This document shows positions 13,660-28,461 of a stretch of 64,000 nucleotides of DNA, piece by piece. Origin of the DNA: Paraspadella gotoi (lineage: Eukaryota > Animalia > Chaetognatha). The number at the start of each line of letters is the position of its first letter. The first letter of the stretch is position 1. The DNA is taken from NCBI GenBank assembly GCA_051294375.1, contig CM119263.1, positions 22,532,833 to 22,596,832 of the forward strand, given 5' to 3'. The notes under the pieces are model-generated. The model was not told the origin of the DNA and ran no database searches. It saw only the letters and a list, made by a program, of their open reading frames with translations. The translations under genes were made by a program, and so were the position numbers.

Positions 13660-16162
13660 TCCCTCTCTCTCTCTCCTTTTTAATTCTCTGAATGATCCAA
13701 ATTACGCTCCTCTTTCATTCCGCCCCGATTTACATTCCGCCCTAAGGACGATATACATCTGTGTGCAAAGGAGGACAGAGGGCGTTGCAAGAGTCTTTTC
13801 AGAAGGCGTCGAGTCTCTATAGAGGGCAGCAATCGGATTTTGGCAAGCAGTGTCGGAAGTGCTTGTCTGTCGACGACGTGAAAAGCATTAAATATTTGGC
13901 GAATTGCTGAGATGGCAAAAATAAATTTAAGAACTAAACTAATTTAGTTCACGTCACAATTATTTTTTGTTACTTATTTTGTTATTATACTAGTAAATAG
14001 TTTTATCGAGAGAGAATCGCGCTTATCTACAAGAGACGAAGCGAAGGAGAGCGTGGGATGATGTTAAAAGGTGAGGTCATCGCTCTCTTGACGACGCGCG
14101 CTCTGGTGAGTTGCAGTGAAGTCGCGAGGGATCGAGGGATCGAGGGATGCGGGGCGGGAGGAGAGTGAGAGAAAGTGGTTGAGATCGATGGGAGAAGAAG
14201 AGAGATTAAGTGGGATGTATGGAGAGGATGGGTGAAGGAAAAAAGAGGGAGAGGAGAAACAGTGAGAGACTATTACTAGTATTGAGATTTAAAGCCTACT
14301 AATTGTGGGGATAACAGTAGCAATGGGCGCGATAATATTAAAAGAGAGAAAGGAGGCGAAGAAGATGGTACTACTATTCCGAGGAGGCTTTTTCGAAAAG
14401 CCGAGTCAGAGAAAAATCGGTAGAGGGCGGTTTTCTGAGATGGCGTCTTCTCGCCGCCATTAATGGCGCCACCGAACAACCAGCGTCAATCAGCGACAAT
14501 AACGCCTTTTTTTAAGACCAAAACTACAAAAGCGCACAAAGACTCGAGCACCATATTCGTCTGGTGCAGATTGTACCTACCGTTGTTAAAATTCCCCTTC
14601 GCCCCTTCCCTTCTTTGTCATGAAGCCAAAGGTCAGAGGTCAAAGATCAAAGGGGCCTTTTAAAAACTAGAGAAGCGTGAAGAAAAATTGGACGGGCGGG
14701 AAGGTAAGGGAAAGTGAATTCGCGAAAGATGAATGTTTTTATTCGGTGGAGATCAAGCGCTAATTTTGTAATAATCACAGTGAGATTTAGTTTTCTCAGC
14801 TGTGAATTGTCTCAGGAAAATAAGATTTGTAATACCCAGAAAAAAATAAACCATAGGCCAATGATGAGCAGCCTCTGGCGCCCTCCCATTGCGCCTCTTG
14901 CGCCTCTTGCGCCGCCCACTGGAGGAAATTAACATAACAAAAGAGCAGAAGAACCGGAAGTGGAATTCGGAAGACGAATCTCTGGTTTGGAGGCCGGAAA
15001 AGGAATGAGAGCCTGATGCCGATCGTTTTTTGGGGTTTTTTCTTTCTTTTTTTTACGTCTAAGCGACAAAAGAATTTTTTTTATGACAATTTCTATATGA
15101 CAAGATATACAGTGTATATTATACACATACTCGTCGTTTATTAAATTTTTTTTGATCAATAACCTCTGCGTTTCGCCTTCATCTTCCAAAGTCTTCAACC
15201 CCACACAAAAACCCCACACAAAAATGACACGAATCGAGAGAGAAATAAAGGAAATTGGTTAAGCGCTTTTATCAAAATCTGACATCTGACGAAACATTCA
15301 ATTCTGTTAGAAAATAGATTCAATACGAGATGAAAATTTGTATGAAAATTTAAGTCAATGCGCCAAAGATTGACTTGGAAAATTGACTGATGAATTTCCG
15401 GATAATGGATTCGTTAAATTTAAAATGAGAATGATTATCGCGACGGAAAAGTATGGAAAATGCGGATGCGGTATTTTCTATATACATAGAATTTTTAATG
15501 AAATTCTACAAGCATAAATATATCCGAAAATCCGATATTTTTTTTTCTCCACAATCCCTTGTCAAAAGAAAAAACAACAACAACAAGAATGACGACGTCA
15601 ACTTTGTTTTAATTTTACGAAAAATCCTTGAATATTTATAAACAAAAGACGACGGCTGAAAATCCTCGTTCTTCGAGGAAAACCGGCTGAAGAATCGCTA
15701 ATGAGAGGAAAATCGTTTAATTATAAAAAGATGAAAAATAAAGTTTTTTAAAAAATAATTTTTAAAGGAAAATTCCGAAAAATGGAGATGAAAAACTTGG
15801 GGAAAAGTAAAAACATTGGAGTGATTAAAATTTCGATTTAAAAAATTGTAGTTATATATAAATGATTTCATAGTTAAGGCTGGTTATGTCTCAATCTGGT
15901 TGATTTAGACATTCTACTCATATCTTTACCGATTTTGAAACATTTTCCCGGACACGTCAGCAATTTGAAAAATGGGTTTTAGCCAAGGAGCCGAGGAAAG
16001 GCTAGGATAGATTTCTGTTGCAAGATTCGTCACCATAGTCGAAAATGGGGAAACAACGTGCGTGCGTTTGCACGCGGATAAGGTGTTGAGAATAATGACC
16101 ATAACAACGACACGTCCCTTAGTAGAAAATGAAATAAATGTGCTGCAATTCCGAGGGTGATC

Positions 16163-16220
<58 letters not shown>

Positions 16221-16749
16221 CTCCTTCCATCCATCAGGGGGTGGGGGAGTTCTCTGCCCGTTTTCCGGACAAAGAGTTTCCGGTGAGAAATTAAGGGAGC
16301 GTAAAAATGATGGCGCTAACAGATTTCGAAAAAAGATGGTCTTAATAGTTTCCGTTAAAAAATAGTTTCCTAATGGCGATAATAGATGGGGTTTTAAGAT
16401 TTATTTGATGGGGTTAATCGAAGTTTTCGGGAAAAAAATCACTCTTAGAAAAATCTGATTTTTTCTCCAATTAATTAATAAAATTAATTAAAATCGGCTT
16501 TCTTCAAGCTTTGCGACTCAAACTAAGAAAATTCGTAAATAAATTCTTTCTTTCCTTCTTTTTAGCAAACGAATTTGATTTAAAAAAAAACGGAAAGGAA
16601 TCAAAACATTTTTACTACACAGCATTAAGACAATAACAGTATAAATTAGAAGAGATTATAATTAAGCATAAATATATGTACAAATGACACATAGGTATAA
16701 TTAAAGTAGTTAAGAAGTTTTCGCTTGAAAATCCACAGATTATCAAGCG

Positions 16750-16755
16750 TTTATT
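16750..16755 (-). terminator. Candidate polyadenylation signal AATAAA for Dscam
   Basis: tttatt on the + strand about 230 nt past the stop codon; the hexamer is common in AT-rich DNA. Confidence 0.3.
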
Positions 16756-16987
16756 CCATCAGTTCTTCACTGCGTCGCGTCAATTCGTCCTTCAACTTTC
16801 TCACCCCACGTATTCACATGTGTGGGTGAAATCATAATTCACCAACCAATCACCAATCCCATTACATTTCTCACCCTATGACGAACCCCACCTATAACCC
16901 TGTCTCTTCGTCAATCCATCAACCGACTCCCGCTCATCGTTCTCCGCCTCATTTTCTCTTTTGAGCCCAAAATTTCATTCGCCCTCA

Positions 16988-17340
16988 TCAAACGCTCGTA
17001 GGCTTCTTTCCGGAATAGTAATCTCCGCTGGATATTCGCCGCCGCCTTTTCGTCGTCGCTTCGTCGTCGTCGTCGTCGTCGATGACATGAGTCGATGACG
17101 TCACGGTCTCCGACGCCTTCGAAACGACGCCGTCTTTGAGATGGGCGTCGCCGGCGCCGGCGTCGGCGGCGCCGTCGGCGAAACTGATGTCCTTAATTTC
17201 ACAGTCTTCGCTTCTCGAATTGAATTTGGAAAAAGTTTCCAGATTTTCGTCTTTCCTTTCTTCTCTCCTTTCTCCTTTCCTTTCTTCCTCCTTTCTTCTC
17301 TCGGGCGAGACGAGGCTCAAAGTGTTATCCGTCTTTTCTC
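16988..17340 (-). CDS. Dscam: Dscam terminal coding exon (GEKTDNTLSLVSPERRKEEE...RRRRISSGDYYSGKKPTSV*)
   Basis: catttttcag acceptor in phase 1; ends in T-S-V-stop, a class I PDZ ligand as at other Dscam C-termini. Confidence 0.75.
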
Positions 17341-17515
17341 CTGAAAAATGGGAGGAAAAGGGGGACGGGGGAGAAGGGAAAAAAGAAAGGCAGGTATATT
17401 TTAAACTTGGAAAATGACGGAAATTTGACGAATAATATTTTTTTTTTCGGGCCGCGACGGGAGACCGGGGAAAAAAAAGAGTTCCGCTAGGTATAATTCA
17501 TGGAAAGGGAAAGTG

Positions 17516-17546
<31 letters not shown>

Positions 17547-20500
17547 AGGAGAGATGTAGAGAACGAGAGAGAGAGAGAGAGAGAGAGATACGAGAGAGAG
17601 AGAGAGAGAGAAGAGAGAGAGAATTAAATTGTTTTGACGAATCGGGTGAGAAAAAAAAGGGATAGAATCGAAGTCCGATAATCGGCGGGGTCCGGTTTCG
17701 CTTCCGTGTTTAGAAGCCTATTTGAGATGGGGGGAGGAGGTTGGAAAGAGGAAGTTGGGGGGGAGGAGAAGTTGTGGGAGAGGGGCGGAAGAGTGAAGAA
17801 AGATGCTTGGGAGAAAAAGGGTGGGAAAGTGAAAAGTAGAAAGTTGACACAGAATTAAACAGGAAAAAACAAAAACTCATAGGAAAAACGAACAATGGGA
17901 ATGGAAGAACATAGGACTCTGAGGTAGAAAAGATAATAAGATGAGGCGAAAGCCGGAATTTAAAAAGTTGAGGAAACACATGACAGATGATTAGGAAGAG
18001 AAGGACAAACATGCGCAAAATATGAGAGAGAGAGAGAGAGAGAAATGAGTTAATCGAAGTTTGAAACTTAGTTTCTAGCGAGAAAATGAGAAAGTGATTG
18101 AGGCCAATTAGTTGGTGATGATTGATGGAGAAAAGATGTTGAAGAGAGTCACTTGCTCGGTTATCAAGATGAACCTCCCTCAACGAATTAGATTTTAAAA
18201 TTGCAAGGCAAGTCGGGATTAAATTTAAATCTCGTTTTTTATTGAATCGAATTTTGTTTAAATTTTTAAGTTTTAATCCTTTTACGATGTAATCGTTAAA
18301 CCTTTGAAAACTTTAATAAAAACAAAAAACAAAAAACAAAAGTAAAGAATTTTCCTGGAAAAACCAGACGTTTAATTGATTGGAATCGGTTTCTTTTCCC
18401 GAGAGGAAAAAAGTCCATTAGTGGTCGTCGTCGTCGTCTATCTTCCTTTTTTCCCCCTTTGTTTTTCTCTAATCCCTGCTCGAGATCGTCATACGATTCG
18501 TTTTCAATCTTGATTAATGTTTTGATAAACTAAACATGGCGTCGTCGTGAACGATATCTTTGTCGGTATCTCCCCGGATTTTGCATTTTTGCTTTTTAAT
18601 GACCAAATATGGTCATCGTTCGAATCGTCGCCCGTTTCCACGCCCACTCTTACCTATTTCGGAGCCGGTGACTGCGAGGGGCGGCGTCGTTTCCGTTTTG
18701 ACGCCTCCTACGTCGAGATTCCAGGCGTCACCGCGAGGCAGCGCCGGCGCTTCTTCCGGAATCGCCTCGGGCGGGGCGGCGCCTACAGTTCCTGCGGCGT
18801 CGACGAGTTGAATGAGAGCCGGTCGAAGAGAAGCAGCGGCTCCTGGTGGCGAAGAAGGGAAAAGGGAAAATGAAACAAAAAAATCGGGGAGAGGAGGGAC
18901 TGGGGCAAAGTGAAAAGGGGAAAAAAGGAAAAGGAGAAAAACGGTAAAAGGGAAAAGAGGAAAAGGGGGAAAAGGAGGAAAATGGAAAAAGGGGAAAAGA
19001 GGAAAAGGGGGAAAAGGGGGAAAAGGAGGAAAAGAGAAAAAGGGGAAAAGAGGAAAAGGGGGAAAAGGAGGAAAAGGGAAAAAGGGGAAAAAGGAAAAGA
19101 GGAAACGATGGAAGAAGAATAGGAAAGGAAAAAATAATATAAAATGATATTAAATAAATTTAATAAAAGAAGGAAAATCCTAGAACAATGATAACAAAAG
19201 CGAAAGGAAAACGAAAACAAACGCTTGAACAAAAAAAAACAAAAGGTACGGACTTCAGAAATAAGGAAAAACAAACAGAGTCAGAGACACACACAAACAC
19301 AAATGAAAACAATGAAAAAAGGAAATCAATATAAATAATTCATAAACCACTCGTATATTTCATTTCTCCTTGCATAGTTGTGCTCAACTGTCTTAAGACT
19401 ATTAAGTATTTAAAATTAAGTATTTCGTATTAAGTATTTAAAATTTTGTACTTTTAAAATAAATTCAAGATGATCAGACGAATTTGTTTTTTTCTTTTCC
19501 TCCTCACATCGTCACGCCCAAGTGGACGTAACCTACGGATCTGACTTTAGTTTATTTATTTTTTTATTTTAAAAGAAAAAAATTAAACGCAAACAAAAAA
19601 CCAAAACAAGTAGGGATAAAAAAAAACAAAAAAACCAGAGAGAAAATTTACAGCATCGATAAAAAGTCTCGCGTGCGAAGTCATGACCAAAAAAAAAGTG
19701 AAAGTGAAAATTGAAGTGAAAATCCCGTCACAACGCGTCACGCTTTATTTATGCTTTATGGCCTCTGGTTTTTTGCACTTTAATGCTCCACGTTTGTGAA
19801 CTTGAAACTTTACGCGGCGCTCTAATATGCACTCGGATACGGAGGGACTTGGGCGGCGCAATTTTTCCGAAAAGGTTTTTTTTTTCTTTGGAGTCTTTGC
19901 ATTTTTGATATTTTTAAGAACTCTCTAATAATCTTAATCTTAGGTAATAGAACACAAAAGGGAAAAGTCGAGAAAAANNNNNNNNNNNNNNNNNNNNNNN
20001 NNNNNNNNNNNNNNNNNNNNNNNNNNNNNNNNNNNNNNNNNNNNNNNNNNNNNNNNNNNNNNNNNNNNNNNNNNNNNNNNNNNNNNNNNNNNNNNNNNNN
20101 NNNNNNNNNNNNNNNNNNNNNNNNNNNNNNNNNAGATATCTAATAAATATAAGAAAATCCAAGTAAATTGCCAGACAGACATCGAAAAGCCGCCAAGAGA
20201 TTTTCCGTCTCAACTATTGCTGCCCACCAACCGGAAATGGGAATTCGATGACGAAACCTGCGCTCGGTGATTTTCGTATTGACGGCCACGCCCACACACT
20301 AATCCAGCGGTGACTTATTCTCTCCGTTCGGCGAGAATGAATTATCATCAAATCGTCATTTTGTGATTCGTTTTTCACGTCGTGGGCCGTCGACTCGCGT
20401 CATCCCAGGATTTCAAATCGATCACCGTTGGCCGTCTTCTCGTTATTCACGCCGTGACTCCGAGACTCCGTGACTCCGTGGGACAAAAATTAGCGGAAAA

Positions 20501-23256
20501 TTGTGGGATTGGATGCTATTCAGTTAACGTTATGCACCGTGGTGTGCCTACCAAGAAAACTTTTTCGCGTCATTTTAAATTTTGTTTTTTTCTATCGATC
20601 TAAGGTGAAATGAATACCATTGAGAGAATACAACATTTAAAAAATACAAAAGAAAACAAGAAAAAAAACCGAACGAACGAACGAACGAACGAACGAACGA
20701 ACGAACGAACGAACGAACGAACGAACGAATGAATGAATGAATGAATGAATGAATGAATGAATGAATAAATGAATGAATGAATGAATATCGAGCATCTCAC
20801 ATCTCACACGAAACGAACCTTCGTCGTTGGCGCCAAAAATGGAATCCGCAGGTTCGCGGTAAATACAGTTGTCCGAGATTGCGGGCATCGTTTGATAGGG
20901 CAGAGCGGGCAACGGAAGAATGGCGGCAGCGGGGGAAGAGACGAGAATAGGGGCGTGGAGACCGGAGAACGTNNNNNNNNNNNNNNNNNNNNNNNNNNNN
21001 NNNNNNNNNNNNNNNNNNNNNNNNNNNNNNNNNNNNNNNNNNNNNNNNNNNNNNNNNNNNNNNNNNNNNNNNNNNNNNNNNNNNNNNNNNNNNNNNNNNN
21101 NNNNNNNNNNNNGATTCGCGATCATTAATCGATCATTTAAATGCAATACTTTTAGACTAATTCGTACTTAAATTTATGCCTAGCGATATTTCCATGATGT
21201 CTAATACGAATTTTTAATTTTTTTTAAATTGAAAAAAAAAATAAACCCATTTCCCTCCATCCCTGGTCCTCTATCCTTTCCCCTGAAAAACACCGTCGAC
21301 TCACCCGGCGTCAAGAGCGCCGTCTGCGTCAACGCCGGATACGGTGGCGGGCGCGGCGGAGTCCGTCGCCTCATGGACCGGAAGTCGGCAGGCGGGTTGG
21401 CCGGCGTATCGTGAGCGCGGGTGCGCGCGGGGGCGTGTCTGGCGGCGGAGAATCGCGTCGCCGGCGGCGGCAGCGTCTCCGCCGGCCCGATATGCGCGTA
21501 CGGGTGCTCGACGCCGCGCGGCCGAAAGTCGTCGCACTCGGAGCAACTCTCGTCGCAACCGGAAGTGGCGCTCGTGGCGGAGGTGGCGCTGGAGGTGAGG
21601 TCGCNNNNNNNNNNNNNNNNNNNNNNNNNNNNNNNNNNNNNNNNNNNNNNNNNNNNNNNNNNNNNNNNNNNNNNNNNNNNNNNNNNNNNNNNNNNNNNNN
21701 NNNNNNNNNNNNNNNNNNNNNNNNNNNNNNNNNNNNNNNNNNNNNNNNNNNNNNNNNNNNNNNNNNNNNNNNNNNNNNNNNNNNNNNNNNNNNNNNNNNN
21801 NNNNNNNNNNNNNNNNNNNNNNNNNNNNNNNNNNNNNNNNNNNNNTCGTTTCCATTGGCCACTAAACAACAACAACAACAACAGTTTTTTTCCTCTTCCT
21901 TTTCTTTCTTTCCAAAATTCCCTTCAGGTTTTATCTTATTTTCTCCCTTTTCGCCGACAACAACAAAGTCGCTACTTTTTCCCTCGAGTCACATCATCTC
22001 TTTTCAGTCGCACGTCAATCACTTTCTCAAGGCCGTTGTTGTTGTTGCTGTTGTTGTTGTAGTTGTAGTAGTAGTATTAGTAGTAGTAGTATTAGTAGTA
22101 GTAGTAGTAGTAGTTATTGTTGTTTATGTACTTTAAGTGGTCGTGGTCATTCGAGCGTAGTGAAAGTCACGTATGAAAATTATAATAGTCAATTACCACC
22201 AGTGAACATTAATTTATAAAAAAAATAATAATTTTATATTTTTATATATAAATTTAACATATAAAAAATTAATTTTCATCTTAAAATATAGGTTTTTCTA
22301 ATTTTTGACCAACTTAATGAAAGAATTTTTAAAAAATAGTTATATTTCTTTTCATCAACTTTTTATGACGAATCCAAATCTGCAAAAAAATCTGATAAAA
22401 AACTTTTTAAAATTTTAAGATTTATAGGGTTAGTACTATATAGAGTATATAAATATAGCCAACTGCATAAATTGCAAAAATTATAATAACATTTTTTTAT
22501 ACATTAACGTTGTTCAATGTTCATTCCTCACTTTTAGAATTTTAATTTAAGTTAAATTTAAACTTTTTACTACGCTTTAGTGGCCATTGTCGATGTAGAG
22601 TTTGTAGAGACAGAGTCGTTCGCGTCGTCATTGTATTTAAGAGTTTATTTCGATTTCCGCGTCGGCGCTCTTTCATTGCCGAGGTTGTTCTTCTTTTTAT
22701 CTTTTCATCAAATTTATCTTTTTACCAGCTTTTCTTGGGATGGCGCCTATTTTTGACTAAAAAAATTCGCTCCTGTTCGCACCTAAACTAATTACCCGAG
22801 CTAAGTTCATCAATCTTTCCCTCTCTCACTCTCAAGATGGCCCGTCTCTCCTTTCTCTCTTCTCTCTTCTCCTTCCTCTCTCTTCCTCTTCCTCTCTCTC
22901 TCTCTCTCCTCCTCTTCTCTCTCTCTCTCACCTGACTCGCGCGTTTCTCGACTCGCCCCTCTCACCGCGCGTCCTCAACGTGACGCACGGTGTGTTCGAC
23001 TTCCGGTTCCTCGTCGGCCGTCGTCTCGGTCGTCGTCGTCGTCGGAATCCGACGTCCCGAACCCTGAAGGGTCCCTTCGGACTCGGGGTACAGGTCTTGG
23101 AGGGGGCAATGGGGAATGGAGGACATTGGCAGGGGTGGGGATCGCATAACGGGACGGGGGAGCACGGGAGGGGTGAGTGAAAATATTAATTATGAATAAT
23201 GAATAAGTCATAATGAAGTAAGTAACTGTAACTCTTTATCTCAACTCTTTCTTTTT

Positions 23257-23347
<91 letters not shown>

Positions 23348-25212
23348 GTTTTTTATCGTGATGCCACCAGTAAATGAACGTTGTCACTGTAATGAATGTA
23401 TTCTGAGTTTCGTTTCTCTTCGCCATGAAGCTTAACAGTCTCACAAGAACAAATCTCTCTACATTACAGTTGCTTAGGGATTCTCGTCGAAAAGTAGTAA
23501 CTCGCTTTTATGGTTTTATGCTACTACTCTTAAGAAATGATTTGGAAAATCTGAGTGGGCGGGACGAGCGGGACGGGGTGTGAGGTCGACGGAGGTAAGA
23601 GTTGTTGATCTCTTATTTGGGTTCAATGAGGGAGGAGAGTGGTTGGGGTGGGGGTGGGGGTGGGGGATGGGGGTGAGGGAAATCAAAATACAAGACAATT
23701 TCAGGTTTGGGAGACAGTCAGAGATAAAGGAGAGCCGAAATATGTCATTAGTTCATTCCGCAGTGCGTGGCATCGTTTCCATTGGCCACTAAAACAACAC
23801 AAAACAGTTTTTTCCTCTCCTTTTCTTTTCTTTCCAAATTCCCTTCAGGTTTTTCTTATTTCTCCCTTTTCGCCGACCACAACAAAGTCGCTACTTTTTC
23901 CCTCGAGTCACATCATTCTTTTCAGTCGCACGTCAAATCACTTTCTCAAGGCCGTTGTTGTTGTTTGCTGTTGTGTGTTGTAGTTGTAGTAGTAGTATTG
24001 TAGTAGTAGTATAGTAGTAGTAGTAGTAGTAGTTATTGTTGTTTATGTACTTTAACGTATGGTGCGGTGGTCATTCGAGCGTCAGTGAAAGTTCCGTAAT
24101 GAAAATTTATAAGAGAGTCCAATAACACCATGAAGCATTAATTTATTAAAAAAATAATAATTTTATTATTTTTTATATATAATTGGTGAATTCTCCACAT
24201 ATAAAAAATTAATTTTCATCTTAAATATAGGTTTTTTCTAATTTTTGACCAAAACATTATGAAAGAATTTATAAAAATAGTTATATTTCATTCTCAAACT
24301 TTTTTTTATGACGAATCCAAATCTGCAAAAAATCTGGATAAAAAACCTTTTTAAAGATCTTTAACAAGATTTTGATAGAGTTAGTGCTAGATCAGAATCA
24401 ATAATAAAGTATATGCTCAACCTGAGTCATAAATTGCAACAAATTATACATAACATTTTTTTATACATAACGTTTTGTTTCATGCTTCATTCCTCACTTT
24501 TGAATTTTAATTAGTTAAATTTAAACTTTTTTACTACGCTTTAGTGGCCATTGTTCGATGTAGAGTTTGTAGAGACAGAGTCCGTTCGCGTACGTCATTG
24601 TATTTAAGAGTTTATTTTCGTTTCCGCGTTCGGCGCTCTTTCATGCCGAGGTTGTTCTTCTTTTTATCTTTTCATCATTATTTTTTACCATGTCTGTTCG
24701 TGGGATGGCGCTATTTTTGACTAAAAAAATTGCTCTGTTCGCACCTAAACTAATTACCCGAGCTAAGTTCATCAATCTTTCCCTCTCTCACTCTCAAGAT
24801 GGCCCGTCTCTCCTTTCTCTCTTCTCTCTTCTCCTTCCTCTCTCTTCCTCTTCCTCTCTCTCTCTCTCTCCTCCTCTTCTCTCTCTCTCTCACCTGACTC
24901 GCGCGTTTCTCGACTCGCCCCTCTCACCGCGCGTCCTCAACGTGACGCACGGTGTGTTCGACTTCCGGTTCCTCGTCGGCCGTCGTCTCGGTCGTCGTCG
25001 TCGTCGGAATCCGACGTCCCGAACCCTGAAGGGTCCCTTCGGACTCGGGGTACAGGTCTTGGAGGGGGCAATGGGGAATGGAGGACATTGGCAGGGGTGG
25101 GGATCGCATAACGGGACGGGGGAGCACGGGAGGGGTGAGTGATTAATTATGAATAATGAATAGTCATAATGAAGTAAGTAACTGTACACTCTTTATCTCA
25201 CTCTTTTCTTTT

Positions 25213-25251
<39 letters not shown>

Positions 25252-25521
25252 TCTTCTCTCTCATCTCCTCTCTCTCTCTCTCTCTTCTTCCTCTCTCTCC
25301 TCTCTTTCCCGTTTTTTATCGGTATGCCACCAGTAAAATTGAACGTTGTCACTTGTAATATAGATGTATTCTGAGTTCGTTCCTTCGCCCTGGAAAGCTT
25401 AACAAGTCCACAAAGACAAATTCTCTCTAACATTAAAGTTGCTTAGGGATTCTCGTCGAAAAAGTATAACTCGCTTTTATGGTTTTATGCTACTACTCTA
25501 AGAAATGAATTTGGAAAATCT

Positions 25522-25555
<34 letters not shown>

Positions 25556-25721
25556 CAGAGGAGAGAGAGAGGAGAGAGAGAGAGAAGAGAGGAAAACGAA
25601 ATCTGATAATGGTGGGCGAAAGTCTAGGAATGTCGAATGGTTAAACTAACGAAAATGATGGAAAGATAAGTTTTTTTCGATGTGAGTGAAGAAGAGAAAA
25701 CCGGGGAGAGAAGGCGAGAGA

Positions 25722-25756
<35 letters not shown>

Positions 25757-26010
25757 AGAGAAGAGAGCGAGAGAGAGAGAGAGGAGAGAACAAAGAGAGA
25801 GAGAGAGAGAGAAAAGGTAAAAGGAGGAGCTGTGACGAGAGGAGGAACAAGACATCAGTGGAGACTCGAATACGGAAATGGGTGAGAATCAACAGTATAA
25901 TGTAGAGATTAAGCCGCACTGGCGGCGGAGGGGAGAAACGGCTGAGCGAATTAAAGGATAATGACGTTGGTAAAAGAAGGAAAAAGAAAGTGAGGAGAGA
26001 GAGAGAGAGC

Positions 26011-26041
<31 letters not shown>

Positions 26042-28077
26042 AAGAATGAGAAGAGAGAGACGAGAGAGAGAGAGGAGAGAGAGAGATGGAGAGAGGAGGA
26101 GAAAAAAAAAACACGGCTAAAAATGATATTACNNNNNNNNNNNNNNNNNNNNNNNNNTGGCGTTGGGGAAAGGAAAAAAAAATTGTAAAAAAGATAAAGA
26201 TAAAAGATAAAAATATGACCTCACAACCAAAGATCGAAAAATGTTATGATCAAAATCCTATCCGCTTCTCCTACCCTTCCTCAACGAATAAAAAAAACCC
26301 AAAAAAAACAATGAGTAATGAAAAATACAACGAGATTTAAAAAATAAAAACGACCGGGAAACCGTAATCGTTAATATTCCTTTCGCTTCCAGATCCTCAC
26401 AGTTTCCTCCACAAAAACGACGCAAACGCCCCCATTCTACTCCCTCCCCCCAAAAAAAGAAGGAACAAAACGACAAAAACGCGAAAGCAGCAAAGATTGA
26501 AAGCGTGGGAGGAGGAGAGGGGGTCGAGGTTGGGTTGGGGGGGAGGCGAGACCCGGACGGGAAAAGTTCGCGAAGTGAGATGCCCTCTGGAGAGTGATTT
26601 GTTTAAATAAACAGCGAACNNNNNNNNNNCCGGTAAATTCTCTGATTCCGGGATCCGTGGAGGATCCGCCGGAATTGGCGCGCGACTGGCCGGAATGGCC
26701 GCGTCGTTGCCCGGTAGAGGCGTCGCGAAAGCTAGGGCCGCGGCGGGCCGGCGACGTTGGCGCCGGGCGCGGATTGACGCCGGGACTTTGACGCCGGCGA
26801 TCGTCTGTGACGTGGGCGTGGCGAAATAGGGCAGTGTATGGGGTTGAGGGGTTGTGGAGATGAAGGAAAAAAAAAATTTTAGGTTTGAGGCGAAAAATAC
26901 TGTAAAATACTAAAAAAAAGTGTTCAGGGCGGGAAAAAATGGCCGTTAAATAATAAATATGTTTAAAGTAGAAACAATCATAGGTTCCATTTGTGACAAG
27001 TTGCTAACAGAAAAAATTAATTTTAATCTGTCACAACGGGTCGTGCATTATTGATTAGTGGTAATAAAATTAGGATTAGTGGTATAATTTAGTATTAATT
27101 TAGGATTAATTTAGTATTAATTTAGTATTAATTTAGTATTAATTTAGGATTAGTGGTATTATTTAGTAAAAGTTTTTGTCGAAATCCTAGATTTTTAATG
27201 AATCAGTTGAGGTTAATTTGTCATAACTCAAAAGTAGAAATTCTTATTTACTTCGACTCGATTAAAATGACATAATTGCAGAATGGAGTCGAATAAGATG
27301 ACCGGGGGTGAAAAGGCCGATCGGGCGTGAAAAGGCCGATCTGGGGCGAAAAATCGCATAATCTGTTTTTCAACGAAAACTCATGATTGCGTTTCCTGGG
27401 CGCGCATTTCCATCAAAGACCGGAGATGGAATTTTGAGTGAGAGATTTTTTTCCTCTTTTTATTTTTTNNNNNNNNNNNNNNNNNNNNNNNNNNNNNNNN
27501 NNNNNNNNNNNNNNNNNNNNNNNNNNNNNNNNNNNNNNNNNNNNNNNNNNNNNNNNNNNNNNNNNNNNNNNNNNNNNNNNNNNNNNNNNNNNNNNNNNNN
27601 NNNNNNNNNNNNNNNNNNNNNNNNNNNNNNNNGAGAGAGCTAGAACCAGCGCCGAGTTAATCGTTTCTCACGAATTAATTCATTCTCGTGACGAATGAGT
27701 GAGAATCGACGCCACTTGGTCCCTTTTGTTTTGATTGTTTGTTCGTTTATTTGTTTATTTAAAAGAGAGAAGATAAAGTTTTTGTCGAAATCCTATTATT
27801 TTTAATGAATCAGTTGAGGTTAATTTGTCCATAACTCAAAGTAGAAATTCTATTTACTTCGACTCGATTAAAATGACATAATGCAGAATGGAGTCGAATA
27901 AGATGACCGGGGGGTGAAAAGGCCGATCGGGCGTGAAAAGGCCGATCTGGGGCGAAAAAATCGCATAATCTGTTTTCCAAACGAAAACTCATGATTGCGT
28001 TCCTGGGCGCGCATTTCCATCAAAGACCGGAGATGGAATTTTGAGTGAGAGATTTTTTTCCTCTTTTTATTTTTTTT

Positions 28078-28130
<53 letters not shown>

Positions 28131-28400
28131 TCATCTCTCTCTTCTCTCCCTTATCTTCCTCTCATTCCATTCCATTCATTTCTGAGGAGAGAAGCTAGAA
28201 CCAGCGCCGAGTTAATCGTTTCTCACGAATTAATCATTCTCGTGACGAATGAGTGAGAATCGGACCGCAACTTGTCCCTTTTGTTTTGATTGTTTTGTTC
28301 GTTTATTTGTTTATTTATCTCTGAAATTCCATGAGGAATTGGAAAAAGGACGCCAGTGGTCAGGTTTTCTGTGATTGCGGGAAGAGACGAGGAGAGAGAG

Positions 28401-28461
<61 letters not shown>

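Noticed and set aside
14440-15000. Promoter-like motifs (GCCATTAATGGC palindrome, CCAAT, CCGGAAGT)
   Set aside because: Short motifs with no identifiable adjacent first exon; cannot be distinguished from chance
2516-27167. Short tandem arrays as CRISPR-like structures
   Set aside because: Head-to-tail units without unique spacers, in a eukaryotic intron-rich context
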